Positions 39,601 through 53,000 of a stretch of DNA of 64,000 nt are shown here, piece by piece (position 1 is the stretch's first letter; every line of letters starts with the position of its first letter). Location: NCBI RefSeq assembly GCF_009914755.1, contig NC_060933.1, one strand, 5' to 3'. This DNA comes from the human T2T-CHM13v2.0 reference genome, Homo sapiens. The notes under the pieces were generated by a model, which saw nothing but the letters and a program-made list of their open reading frames with translations, was not told where the DNA came from and did not search any database. Both the position numbers and the translations under genes were made by a program.

Positions 39601-42600
39601 GATTGATTCCATTCCATTGCATTCCATTCCATTCAATTCCATTCCGGATGATTCCATTCCATTGCATTCCATTCCATTCCATTCCCCTGCACTCTGGTTG
39701 ATTCCATTCCATTCCATTCCATTCCATTCCGTTCCGTTCCATTCCATTCCATTCCATTCCATTCCATTCCATTCCATTCTGTTCAGGTTAATTCCATTCC
39801 ATTCCATTCCCTTCCATTCCATTCCATTCCATTCCATTCCATTCCATTCCATTGCAATCTAGTTGATTCCATTGCATTCCATTCCATTCCATTCCATTGC
39901 ATTCCATTGCATTCCATTCCCCTGCACTCAGGTTGATTCCATTCCATTCCATTCCATTCCATTCCATTCCATTCTATTCGGGTTAATTCCATTCCATTCC
40001 ATTCCCTTACATTCCATCGCAATCGAGTTGATTCCATTCCATTCCATTCCATTCCATTCCATTCCATTCCATTCAAGTCCTTTCCATTCCATTCCACTCG
40101 TTTTGATTCCATTTTATTAGTTTCCATTCCATTCCATTCCCTTCCATTCCACTCTGGTTGATTCCATTCCTTTCCATTCCACTCGAATTCATTCCCTTCT
40201 ATTCCACTCGGAATGATTGCATTCCATTCCATTCCATTCCATTCCATTCCATTCCATTTCGTTCCATTGCATTCTATTCCGTACCATTCCATTCCATTCC
40301 ATTCCATGCCATTCCACTCGGGTTGATTCCATGGCTTTCCATTCCATTTGGGTTGAATCCATTCCATTCCATTCCATTCCATTCCATTCCATTCTATTCC
40401 ATTGCACTAGGTTTGATTCCATTCCACTGCATTCCATTCCATTCCATTCCGTTCCATTCCATTCCATTCCATTACATTCGGATTGATTGTATTCAATTCC
40501 CTTACACTCCATTTCATTCCATTCCATTCAGGTTGTTTCCATTCCATTCCAATCCATTCCACTCCATTCCATTGCACTCGGGTTGATTGCATTCCATTCC
40601 ATTGCATTCTATTCCATTTCCTTCCATTCCATTCTATTCGGTACCATTCCATTCCATTCCATTCCAATCCATTCCATTCCATGCCATTCCACTTGGGTTG
40701 ATTCCCTTCCTTTCCATTCCATTCTGGTTGAATCCATTCCATTCCATTCCATTCCATTCCATTCCTTTCCATTCCATTGCACACGGGTTGGTTCCATTCC
40801 GTTCCTCTCCGTTCCATTCCGGATGACTCCATTCCATTGCATTCCATTCCATTCCATTCCATTGCCCTGCACTCGGGTTCATTGCCTTCCATTCCATTTA
40901 CTTCCATTCCATTCCATTCCATTCTATTCGGGTTAATTCCATTCCATTCCATTCCATTCCATTCCATTCCATTCCATTCCATTCCATTCCATTGCAATCG
41001 AGTTGATTCCATTCCATTCCATTCAATTCCGGATGATTCCATTCCATTGCCTTCAATTCCATTCCATTCCCCTGCACTCGGGTTGATTCCATTCCATTCC
41101 ATTCCATTCCATTCCATTTCATTCCATTCCATTTCGTTCCTTTCCATTCTATTCCGTACCATTCCATTCCATTCCATTCCATTCAATTCCATTCCATGCC
41201 ATTCCACTCGGGTTGATTCCATTCCTTTCCATTCCATTGGAGTTCAATCCATTCCAATCCATTCCATTCCATTCGATTCCATTCTATTGCACACGGGTTC
41301 ATTCCATTCCATTCCATTCCATTCCATTCCATTCCATTCCATTTCCTTCCATTCCATTCTATTCCGTACCATTCCATTCCATTCCATTCCATTCCATTCC
41401 ATTCCATTCCATTCCACTCCATTCCATGCCATTCCACTCGGGTTTATTCCATTCCTTTCCATTCCATTCTGGTTGAATCCATTCCATTCCATTCCATTCC
41501 ATTCGATTCCATTACATTGCACTCGGGTTGATTCCATTCCATTCCATTCCTTTACATTTCATTCCATTCCACTCCATTCCATGCCATTCCACGCGGGTTT
41601 ATTCCATTCCTTTCCATTACATTCGTGTTGAATCCATTCCATTCCATTCCATTCCATTCGATTCCATTACACTGCACTCGGGTTGATTCCATTCCATTCC
41701 ATTACATTTCATTTCATTCCATTCCATTCCATTCCATTCCATTCCATTCCATTCCATTCCATTCCATGCCATTCCACTCGTGTTGATTCCATTCCTTTCC
41801 ATTCCATTCGAGTTGAACCCATTCCATTCCATTCCATTCCATTCCATTCCATTCCATTGCACACGGGTTCATTCCATTCCATTCCATTCCATTCCGTTCC
41901 ATTCCATTCCGTTCCATTCCATTCCATTCCATTCTGTTCAGGTTAATTCCATTCTATTCCTTTCCCTTCCATTCCATTCCATTCCATCCCATTGCAGTCG
42001 AGTTGATTCCATTGCATTCCATTCCATTACATTCCATTGCATTCCATTCCATTCCATTCCCCTGCACTCAGGTTGATTCCATTCGATTCCATTCCATTCC
42101 ATTCCATTCCGTTCCTTTCCATTCCATTCCATTCTATTCGCGTTAATTGCATTCCATTCCATTCCATTACATTCCATTGCAATCGAGTTGATTCCATTCC
42201 ATTCCGTTCCATTCCATTCCATCCCATTCCATTTCGGTCCATTCCGTTCTATTCCGTTCCATTCCATTCCATTCCATTCCATTCCATTCCTTTCCATGCC
42301 ATTCCACTCGGGTTGATTCCATTGCTTTCCATTCCATTTGGATTGAATCCATTCCATTCCATTCCATTCCATTCCATTCCATGCCATTCCATTGCACTAG
42401 GTTTGATTCCATTCCACTGCATTCCATTCCATTCCATTCCATTCCGTTCCATTCCATTCCATTCCATTCGGATTGATTGTATTCAATTCCCTTACACTCC
42501 ATTTCATTCCATTCCATTCGGGTTGTTTCCATTCCATTCCATTCCATTCCACTCCATTCCATTGCACTCGGGTTGATTCCATTCCATTCCATTCCATTCT

Positions 42601-44020
42601 ATTCCATTTGGTTCCATTCCATTCTATTCGGTACCATTCCATTCCATTCCATTCCATTCCATTCCATTTCATGCCATTCCACTTGGGTTGATTCCCTTCC
42701 TTTCCATTCCATTCGGGTTGAATCCATTCCATTCCATTCCATTCCATTCCATTCCATTCCATTCCTTTCCATTCCATTGCACACGGGTTGATTCCATTCC
42801 ATTCCTTTCTGTTCCATTCCGGATGACTCCATTCCATTGCATTCCATTCCATTCCATTCCCCTGCACTCGGGTTCATTACATTCCATTCCATTTACTTCC
42901 ATTCCATTCCATTCCATCCCATTCCATTCTATTCGTGTTAATTCCATTCCATTCCATTCCATTCCATTCCATTCCATTGCATTCCATTGCAATCGAGTTG
43001 ATTCCATTCCATTCCATTCAATTCCGGATGATTCCATTCCATTGCCTTCAATTCCATTCCATTCCCCTGCAGTCGGGTTGATTCCATTCCATTCCATTCC
43101 ATTCCACTCCATTTCATTCCATTCCATTTGGTTCCATTCCATTCTATTCCGTACCATTCCATTCCATTCCATTCCATTCCATTCCATTCCATTCCATTCC
43201 ATTCTATTCGGGTTAATTCCATTCCATTCCATTCCATTCCATTCCATTCCATTCCATTCCATTCCATTCCATTCCATTCCATTGCAATCGAGTTGATTCC
43301 ATTCCATTCCATTCAATTCCGGATGATTCCATTCCATTGCCTTCAATTCCATTCCATTCCCCTGCACTCGGGTTGATTTCATTCCATTCCATTCCATTCC
43401 ATTCCATTCCATTCCATTTCTTTCCATTCCATTTCGTTCCATTCCATTCTATTCCGTACCATTCCATTCCACTCCATTCCATTCCTTTCCATTCCATTCC
43501 ATTCCATGTCATTCCACTCGCGTTGATTCCATTCCCTTCCATTCCATTAGAGTTGAATCCATTCCATTCCATTCCATTCCATTCGATTCCATTCCATTGC
43601 ACACGGGTTCATTCCATTCCATTCCTTTCTGTTCCATTCCGGATGACTCCATTCCATTGCATTCCATTCCATTCCATTCCCCTGCACTCGGGTTCATTAC
43701 ATTCCATTCCATTTACTTCCATTCCATTCCATTCCATTGCATTCCATTCTATTCGGGTTAATTCCATTCCATTCCATTCCATTCCATTCCATTCCATTCC
43801 ATTGCATTCCATTGCAATCGAGTTGATTCCATTCCATTCCATTCAATTCCGGATGATTCCATTCCATTGCATTCAATTCCATTCCATTCCCCTGCAGTCG
43901 GGTTGATTCCATTCCATTCCATTCCATTCCATTTCATTCCATTCCATTTCGTTCCATTCCATTCTATTCCGTACCATTCCATTCCATTCCATTCCATTCC
44001 ATTCCATTCCATTCTATTCG
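36671..44020 (+). repeat. HSat3 dialect-B domain
   Basis: Modules CATGCCATTCCACTCGGGTT, ATTCGAGTTGAACCC, GCACACGGGTTCATT, CACTAGGTTTG, TTGCCTTCAATT and GGATGACTCC are present. The dialect-A markers CCGGAAG and TCGATTGCAATCGA were not seen. Confidence 0.72.
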
Positions 44021-47000
44021 GGTTAATTCCATTCCATTCCATTCCATTCCATTCCATTCCATTCAATTCCATTCCATTGCAATCGAGTTGATTCCATTCC
44101 ATTCCATTCAATTCCGGATGATTCCATTCCATTGCATTCCATTCCATTCCATTCCCCTGTACTCGGGTTCATTCCATTCCATTCCATTCCAATCCATGCC
44201 ATTCCACTCGTGTTGATTCCATTCTTTCCATTCCATTCAAGTTGAATTCATTCCATTGCATTCCATTCCATTCCATTCCCCTGCAGTCGGGTTGATTCCA
44301 TTCCATTCCATTCCATTCCATTCCATTCCATTCCATTCCGTTCCGTTCCGTTCCATTCCATTCCATTCTATTTGGGTTAATTCCATTCCATTCCATTCCA
44401 TTCCATTCCATTCCATTCCAATCGAGTTGATTCCATTCCATTCCATTCCATTCCATTCCATTCCATTCCATTCCACTCCATTCCAGTCCTTTCCATTCCA
44501 TTCCACTCGGGTTGATTCCAATGTATTCCTTTCCATTCCATTCCATTCCATTGCAATCGAGTTGATTCCATTGCTTTGCATTCCATTCCATTCCATTCCA
44601 TTCCGGATGATTCCATTCCATTGCATTCCATTCCATTCCATTCCCCTGCACTCGGGTTGATTCCATTCCATTCAACTCCATTCCGTTCCATTCCATTCCA
44701 TTCCATTGTATTCGGGTTAGTTCTATTCCATTCCATTCCATTCCATTCCAATCGAGTTGATTCCATTCCATTCCATTCCATTCCATTCCAGTCCTTTCCA
44801 TTCCATTCCACTCGGGTTGATTCCATTCTATTAGTTTCCATTCCATTCCATTCCCTTCCATTCCACTCTGGTTGATTCCATTCCTTTCCATTCCACTCGA
44901 ATACATTCCCTCCTATTCCACTCGGAACGATTCCATTCCATTCCATTCCATTCCATTCCATTCCATTCCATTCCATTCCATTTCGTTCCATTCCATTCTA
45001 TTCCGTATCATTCCATTCCATTCCATTCCATTCCATTCCATTCCATTCCACTCGTGTTGATTCCATTCCTTTCCATTCCATTCGGTTTGAAGGCATTCCA
45101 TTCCATTCCATTCCATTCCATTCCATTCCATTCCATTCCATTCCATTCCATTGTACTCGGGTTGATTCCATTCCATTGCATTCCATTCCATTCCATTCTA
45201 TTCCTTTCCATTCCATTCCATTCCATTCCGTTGCATTCCATTCCATTACATTCGGATTGATTCTATTCAACTCCCTTACTCTCCATTACATTCCATTCCA
45301 TTCGGGTTGTTCCATTCCATTCCATTCCATTCCACTCCATTCCATTGCACTCGGGATGATTCCATTCTATTCCATTCCATTCCATTCCATTCCATTCCGG
45401 ATGATTCAATTCCATTGCATTCCGTTCCATTACATTCCCCTGCACTCGCGTTGATTCCATTCCATTCCATTCAATTCCATTCCATTACAATTCGTTACAT
45501 TCCATTCTATTCCGTACCATTCCATTCCATTCTATACCATTCCATTCCATTCCATTCCATTCCATTCCGTTCCATTCCATACCATTGCATTCCATTCCAT
45601 TCTATTCGGGTTAATTCCATTCCATTCCATTCCATTCCATTCTATTCCATTCCATTGCAATCGAGTAGAATCCATTGCATTTCATTCCATTCCATTCCAT
45701 TCCCCTGCACTAGCGTTGATTCCATTCCATTCCATTCCATTCCATTCCATTCCATTCCATTCCGGAAGATTCCATTCCATTGCATTCCATTACATTCCAT
45801 TCCCCTGCACTCGCGTTGATTCCATTCCATTCCATTCCATTCCATTCCATTCCATTCCATTCCATTCCGTTCCATTCCATTCCTTTCCGTTCCATTCCAT
45901 TCCATTCCATTCCATTCCATTCCGTTCCGTTTCGTTCCGTTCCGTTCTGTTCCATTCCATTCCATTCCATTCTATTCGGGTTAATTCCATTCCATTCCAT
46001 TCGATTGCAATCGAGTTGATTCCATTCCATTCCATTCCATTCCATTCCATTCCATTCCATTGCATTCCGGAAGATTCCATTCCATTGCATTCCATTCCAT
46101 TCCATTCCCCTGCACTCGCGTTGTTTCCATTCCATTCCATTCCATTCCATTCTATTCCATTCCGTTCCGTTCCGTTCTATTCCATTCCATTCCATTCCAT
46201 TCCGTTCCGTTCCGTTCCATTCCATTGCATTCCATTCTATTCGGGTTAATTCCATTCCATTCCATTCGATTGCAATCGTGTTGATTCCATTCCATTCCAT
46301 TCCATTCCATTCCATTCCTTTCCATTCCATTACGGATGATTCCATTCCATTGCATTCCATTCCATTCCATTTCCCTGTACTCGGGTTGATTCTATTCCAT
46401 TCCATTCCAATCCATGCCCTTCCACTCGTGTTGATTCCATTCTTTCCATTCCATTCAAGTTGAATCCATTCCATTGCATTCCATTCCATTCGATTCCATT
46501 CGATTGCACTCGGGTTGATTCCATTCCATTGCATTCCATTCCATTCCATTCCATTCCGTTCCATTCCATTCCATTACATTCGGATTGATTCTATTCAATT
46601 CCCTTACTCTCCATTACATTCCATTCCATTCGGGTAGTTTCCATTCCATTCCATTCCATTCCTCTCCATTCCATTGCACTCGGGTTGATTCCATTCCATT
46701 GCATTCCATTCCATTCCATTCAATTCCATTCCGTTCCATTCCATTCCATTACATTCGGATTGATTCTATTCAACTCCCTTACTCTCTATTACATTCCATT
46801 CCATTCGGGCTATTCCATTCCATTCTATTCCATTCCACTCCATTCCATTGCATTCGGGTTTATTCCATTCCATTCCATCCCATTCCATTCCATTCCATTC
46901 CATTCCGGAAGATTCCATTCCATTGCATTCCATTCCATTCCATTCCCCTGCACTCGCGTTGATTCCATTCCATTCCATTCCATTCCATTCCATTCCATTC

Positions 47001-50000
47001 CATTCCATTCCATTCCTTTCCGTTCCATTCCATTCCATTCCATTCCATTCCGTTCCGTTCCGTTCCATTCCATTCCATTCCTTTCTATTCGGGTTAATTC
47101 CATTCCATTCCATTCGATTGCAATCGAGTTGATTCCATTCCATTCCATTCCATTCCATTCCATTCCATTCCTTTCCATTCCATTACGGATGATTCCATTC
47201 CATTGCATTCCATTCCATTCCATTCCCCTGTACTCGGGTTCATTCCATTCCATTCCATTCCAATCCATGCCATTCCACTCGTGTTGATTCCATTCTTTCC
47301 ATTTCATTCAAGTTGAATCCATTCCATTGCATTCCATTCCATACCATTCCCCTGCAGTCGGGTTGATTCCATTCCATTCCATTCCATTCCATTCCATTCC
47401 ATTCCGTTCCGTTCCGTTCCATTCCATTCCATTCCATTCCATTCCATTTTATTCGGGTTAATTCCATTCCATTCCATTACATTACATTCCATTCCAATCG
47501 AGTTGATTCCATTCCATTCCATTCCATTCCATTCCATTCCATTCCATTCCACTCCATTCCAGTCCTTTCCATTGCATTCCACTCGGGTTGATTCCAATGT
47601 TTTCCTTTCCATTCCATTCCATTCCATTGCAATCCAGTTGATTCCATTGCTTTGCATTCCATTCCATTCCATTCCATTCCGGATGATTCCATTCCATTGC
47701 ATTCGATTCCATTCCATTCCCCTGCACTCGGGTTGATTCCATTCCATTCCACTCCATTCCGTTCCATTCCATTCCATTCCATTGTATTCGGGTTAGTTCT
47801 ATTCCATTCCATTCCATTCCATTCCAATCGAGTTGATTCCATTCCATTCCATTCCATTCCATTCCAGTCCTTTCCATTCCATTCCACTCGGGTTGATTCC
47901 ATTCTATTAGTTTCCATTCCATTCCATTCCCTTCCATTCCACTCTGGTTGATTCCATTCCTTTCCATTCCACTCGAATACATTCCCTCCTATTCCACTCG
48001 GAACGATTCCATTCCATTCCATTCCATTCCATTCCATTCCATTCCATTCCATTCCATTTCGTTCCATTCCATTCTATTCCGTATCATTCCATTCCATTCC
48101 ATTCCATTCCATTCCATTCCATTCCATTCCACTCGTGTTGATTCCATTCCTTTCCATTCCATTCGGTTTGAAGGCATTCCATTCCATTCCATTCCATTCC
48201 ATTCCATTCCATTCCATTCCATTCCATTCCATTGTACTCGGGTTGATTCCATTCCATTGCATTCCATTCCATTCCATTCTATTCCTTTCCATTCCATTCC
48301 ATTCCATTCCGTTGCATTCCATTCCATTACATTCGGATTGATTCTATTCAACTCCCTTACTCTCCATTACATTCCATTCCATTCGGGTTGTTCCATTCCA
48401 TTCCATTCCATTCCACTCCATTCCATTGCACTCGGGATGATTCCATTCTATTCCATTCCATTCCATTCCATTCCATTCCGGATGATTCAATTCCATTGCA
48501 TTCCGTTCCATTACATTCCCCTGCACTCGCGTTGATTCCATTCCATTCCATTCAATTCCATTCCATTACAATTCGTTACATTCCATTCTATTCCGTACCA
48601 TTCCATTCCATTCTATACCATTCCATTCCATTCCATTCCATTCCATTCCGTTCCATTCCATACCATTGCATTCCATTCCATTCTATTCGGGTTAATTCCA
48701 TTCCATTCCATTCCATTCCATTCTATTCCATTCCATTGCAATCGAGTAGAATCCATTGCATTTCATTCCATTCCATTCCATTCCCCTGCACTAGCGTTGA
48801 TTCCATTCCATTCCATTCCATTCCATTCCATTCCATTCCATTCCATTCCATTCCGGAAGATTCCATTCCATTGCATTCCATTACATTCCATTCCCCTGCA
48901 CTCGCGTTGATTCCATTCCATTCCATTCCATTCCATTCCATTCCATTCCATTCCGTTCCATTCCATTCCTTTCCGTTCCATTCCATTCCATTCCATTCCA
49001 TTCCATTCCGTTCCGTTTCGTTCCGTTCCGTTCTGTTCCATTCCATTCCATTCCATTCTATTCGGGTTAATTCCATTCCATTCCATTCGATTGCAATCGA
49101 GTTGATTCCATTCCATTCCATTCCATTCCATTCCATTCCATTCCATTGCATTCCGGAAGATTCCATTCCATTGCATTCCATTCCATTCCATTCCCCTGCA
49201 CTCGCGTTGTTTCCATTCCATTCCATTCCATTCCATTCTATTCCATTCCGTTCCGTTCCGTTCTATTCCATTCCATTCCATTCCATTCCGTTCCGTTCCG
49301 TTCCATTCCATTGCATTCCATTCTATTCGGGTTAATTCCATTCCATTCCATTCGATTGCAATCGTGTTGATTCCATTCCATTCCATTCCATTCCATTCCA
49401 TTCCTTTCCATTCCATTACGGATGATTCCATTCCATTGCATTCCATTCCATTCCATTTCCCTGTACTCGGGTTGATTCTATTCCATTCCATTCCAATCCA
49501 TGCCCTTCCACTCGTGTTGATTCCATTCTTTCCATTCCATTCAAGTTGAATCCATTCCATTGCATTCCATTCCATTCGATTCCATTCGATTGCACTCGGG
49601 TTGATTCCATTCCATTGCATTCCATTCCATTCCATTCCATTCCGTTCCATTCCATTCCATTACATTCGGATTGATTCTATTCAATTCCCTTACTCTCCAT
49701 TACATTCCATTCCATTCGGGTAGTTTCCATTCCATTCCATTCCATTCCTCTCCATTCCATTGCACTCGGGTTGATTCCATTCCATTGCATTCCATTCCAT
49801 TCCATTCAATTCCATTCCGTTCCATTCCATTCCATTACATTCGGATTGATTCTATTCAACTCCCTTACTCTCTATTACATTCCATTCCATTCGGGCTATT
49901 CCATTCCATTCTATTCCATTCCACTCCATTCCATTGCATTCGGGTTTATTCCATTCCATTCCATCCCATTCCATTCCATTCCATTCCATTCCGGAAGATT

Positions 50001-53000
50001 CCATTCCATTGCATTCCATTCCATTCCATTCCCCTGCACTCGCGTTGATTCCATTCCATTCCATTCCATTCCATTCCATTCCATTCCATTCCATTCCTTT
50101 CCGTTCCATTCCATTCCATTCCATTCCATTCCGTTCCGTTCCGTTCCATTCCATTCCATTCCTTTCTATTCGGGTTAATTCCATTCCATTCCATTCGATT
50201 GCAATCGAGTTGATTCCATTCCATTCCATTCCATTCCATTCCATTCCATTCCTTTCCATTCCATTACGGATGATTCCATTCCATTGCATTCCATTCCATT
50301 CCATTCCCCTGTACTCGGGTTCATTCCATTCCATTCCATTCCAATCCATGCCATTCCACTCGTGTTGATTCCATTCTTTCCATTTCATTCAAGTTGAATC
50401 CATTCCATTGCATTCCATTCCATACCATTCCCCTGCAGTCGGGTTGATTCCATTCCATTCCATTCCATTCCATTCCATTCCATTCCATTCCGTTCCGTTC
50501 CATTCCATTCCATTCCATTCCATTCCATTTTATTCGGGTTAATTCCATTCCATTCCATTCCATTACATTCCATTCCAATCGAGTTGATTCCATTCCATTC
50601 CATTCCATTCCATTCCATTCCATTCCATTCCACTCCATTCCAGTCCTTTCCATTGCATTCCACTCGGGTTGATTCCAATGTTTTCCTTTCCATTCCATTC
50701 CATTCCATTGCAATCCCGTTGATTCCATTGCTTTGCATTCCATTCCATTCCATTCCATTCCGGATGATTCCATTCCATTGCATTCGATTCCATTCCATTC
50801 CCCTGCACTCGGGTTGATTCCATTCCATTCCACTCCATTCCGTTCCATTCCATTCCATTCCATTGTATTCGGGTTAATTCCATTCCATTCCATTCCAATC
50901 GAGTTGATTCCATTCCATTCCATTCCATTCCATTCCATTCCATTCCATTCCATTCCATTGCAATCGAGTTGTTTCCATTGCATTCCATTCCATTACATTC
51001 CATTGCATTCCATTCCATTCCATTCCCCTGCACTCAGGTTGATTCCATTCGATTCCATTCCATTCCATTCCATTCCATTCGTTCCATTCCATTCCATTCT
51101 ATTCGCTTTAATTGCATTCCATTTCATTCCATTGCATTCCATTGCAATCGAGTTGATTCCATTCCTTTCCGTTCCATTCCATTCCATTCCATTCCATTTC
51201 GTTCCATTCCATTCTATTCCGTACCATTCCATTCCATTCCATTCCATTCCATTCCATTCCGTTCCATTCCATTCCATGCCATTCCACTCACGTTGATTCC
51301 ATTGCTTTCCATTCCATTTGGGTTGAATCCATTCCATTCCATTCCATTCCATTCCATTCCATTCCATTCCATTGCACTAGGTTTGATTCCATTCCACTGC
51401 ATTCCATTCCATTCCATTCCATTCCGTTCCATTCCATTCCATTACATTCGGATTGATTGTATTCAATTCCCTTACAGTCCATTTCATTCCATTCCATTCG
51501 GGTTGTTTCCATACCATTCCATTCCATTCTATTCCATTTCGTACCATTCCATTCTATTCGGTACCATTCCATTCCATTCCATTCCATTCCATGCCATTCC
51601 ACTTGGGTTGATTCCCTTCCTTTCCATTCCATTCGGGATGAATCCATTCCATTCCATTCCATTCCATTCCATTCCTTTCCATTCCATTGCATACGGGTTG
51701 ATTCCATTCCATTCCTTTCTGTTCCATTCCGGATGACTCAATTCCATTGCATTCCATTCCATTCCATTCCCCTGCCCTCGGGTTCATTACATTCCATTCC
51801 ATTTACTTCCAATCCATTCCATTCCATTCAATTCCATTCTATTCGGGTTAATTCCATTCCATTCCATTCCATTCCATTCCATTCCATTCCATTCCATTCC
51901 ATTCCATTCCATTCCATTGCAATCGAGTTGATTCCATTCCATTCCATTCAATTCCATATGATTCCATTCCATTGCCTTCAATTCCATTCCATTCCCCTGC
52001 ACTCGGGTTGATTCCATTCCATTCCATTCCATTCCATTCCATTCCATTTCATTCCATTCCATTTCGTTCCATTCCATTCTATTCCGTTCCATTCCATTCC
52101 ATTCCATTCCATTCCATTCCATTCCATTCCATTCCTTTTCATTCTATTCGGGTTAATTCCATTCCATTCCATTCCATTCCATTCCATTCCATTCCGTTCC
52201 ATTCAATTCCATTACATTCGGATTGATTCTTTTTAATTCCCTTACACTCCATTACATTCTATTCCATTCGGGTAGTTTCCATACCATTCCATTCCATTCC
52301 ACTGCATTCTATTGCACTCGGGTTGATTGATTCCATTCCATTGCATTCCATTCCATTCCATTCCATTCCATTCCGGAGGATTCCATTTCATTGCATTCCA
52401 TTGCATTCCATTCCCCTGTACTCGGGTTGATCCGATTCCATTGCATTCCATTCCATTCCATTCCATTCCATTCCATTCCGTTCCGTTCCATTCCATTCCC
52501 TTCCATTCTGTTCAGGTTAATTCCATTCCATTCCATTCCCTTCCATTCCATTCCATTCCATTCCATTCCATGCCATTCCACTCGGGTTGATTCCATTCCT
52601 TTCCATTCCATTCGAGTTGAACCCATTCCATTCCATTCCATTCCATTCCATTCCATTCCATTCCACTCGGGTTGATTCCATTCCTTTCCATTTCATTCGG
52701 GTTGAAACCATTCCATTCCATTCCATTCCTTTCGATTCCATTCCATTTCACTCGGGTTGATCCCATTCCATTGCATTCCATTCCATTCCATTGCATTCCA
52801 TTCCGTTCCATTCCATTCCATTACATTCGTATTGATTCTATTCAATTCCCTTACTCTCCATTACATTCCATTCCATTCGGGTTGTTTCCATTCCATTCCA
52901 TTCCATTCCACTCCATTCCATTGCAATCGGGTTGATTCCATTCCATTCCATTGCATTCCATTCAATTCCATTCCATTCCGTATGATTCCATTCCATTGCA

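Noticed and set aside
39600-39607. TGATTGAT (PBX-like) and TGATTCAATT (DUX-like) homeodomain motifs
   Set aside because: TGATTGAT occurs only about four times (~39600, 52324, 58326, 63865) as a 4-bp slip. TGATTCAATT does not match the DUX4 consensus TGATTRRRTTA. The evidence is too weak to call.
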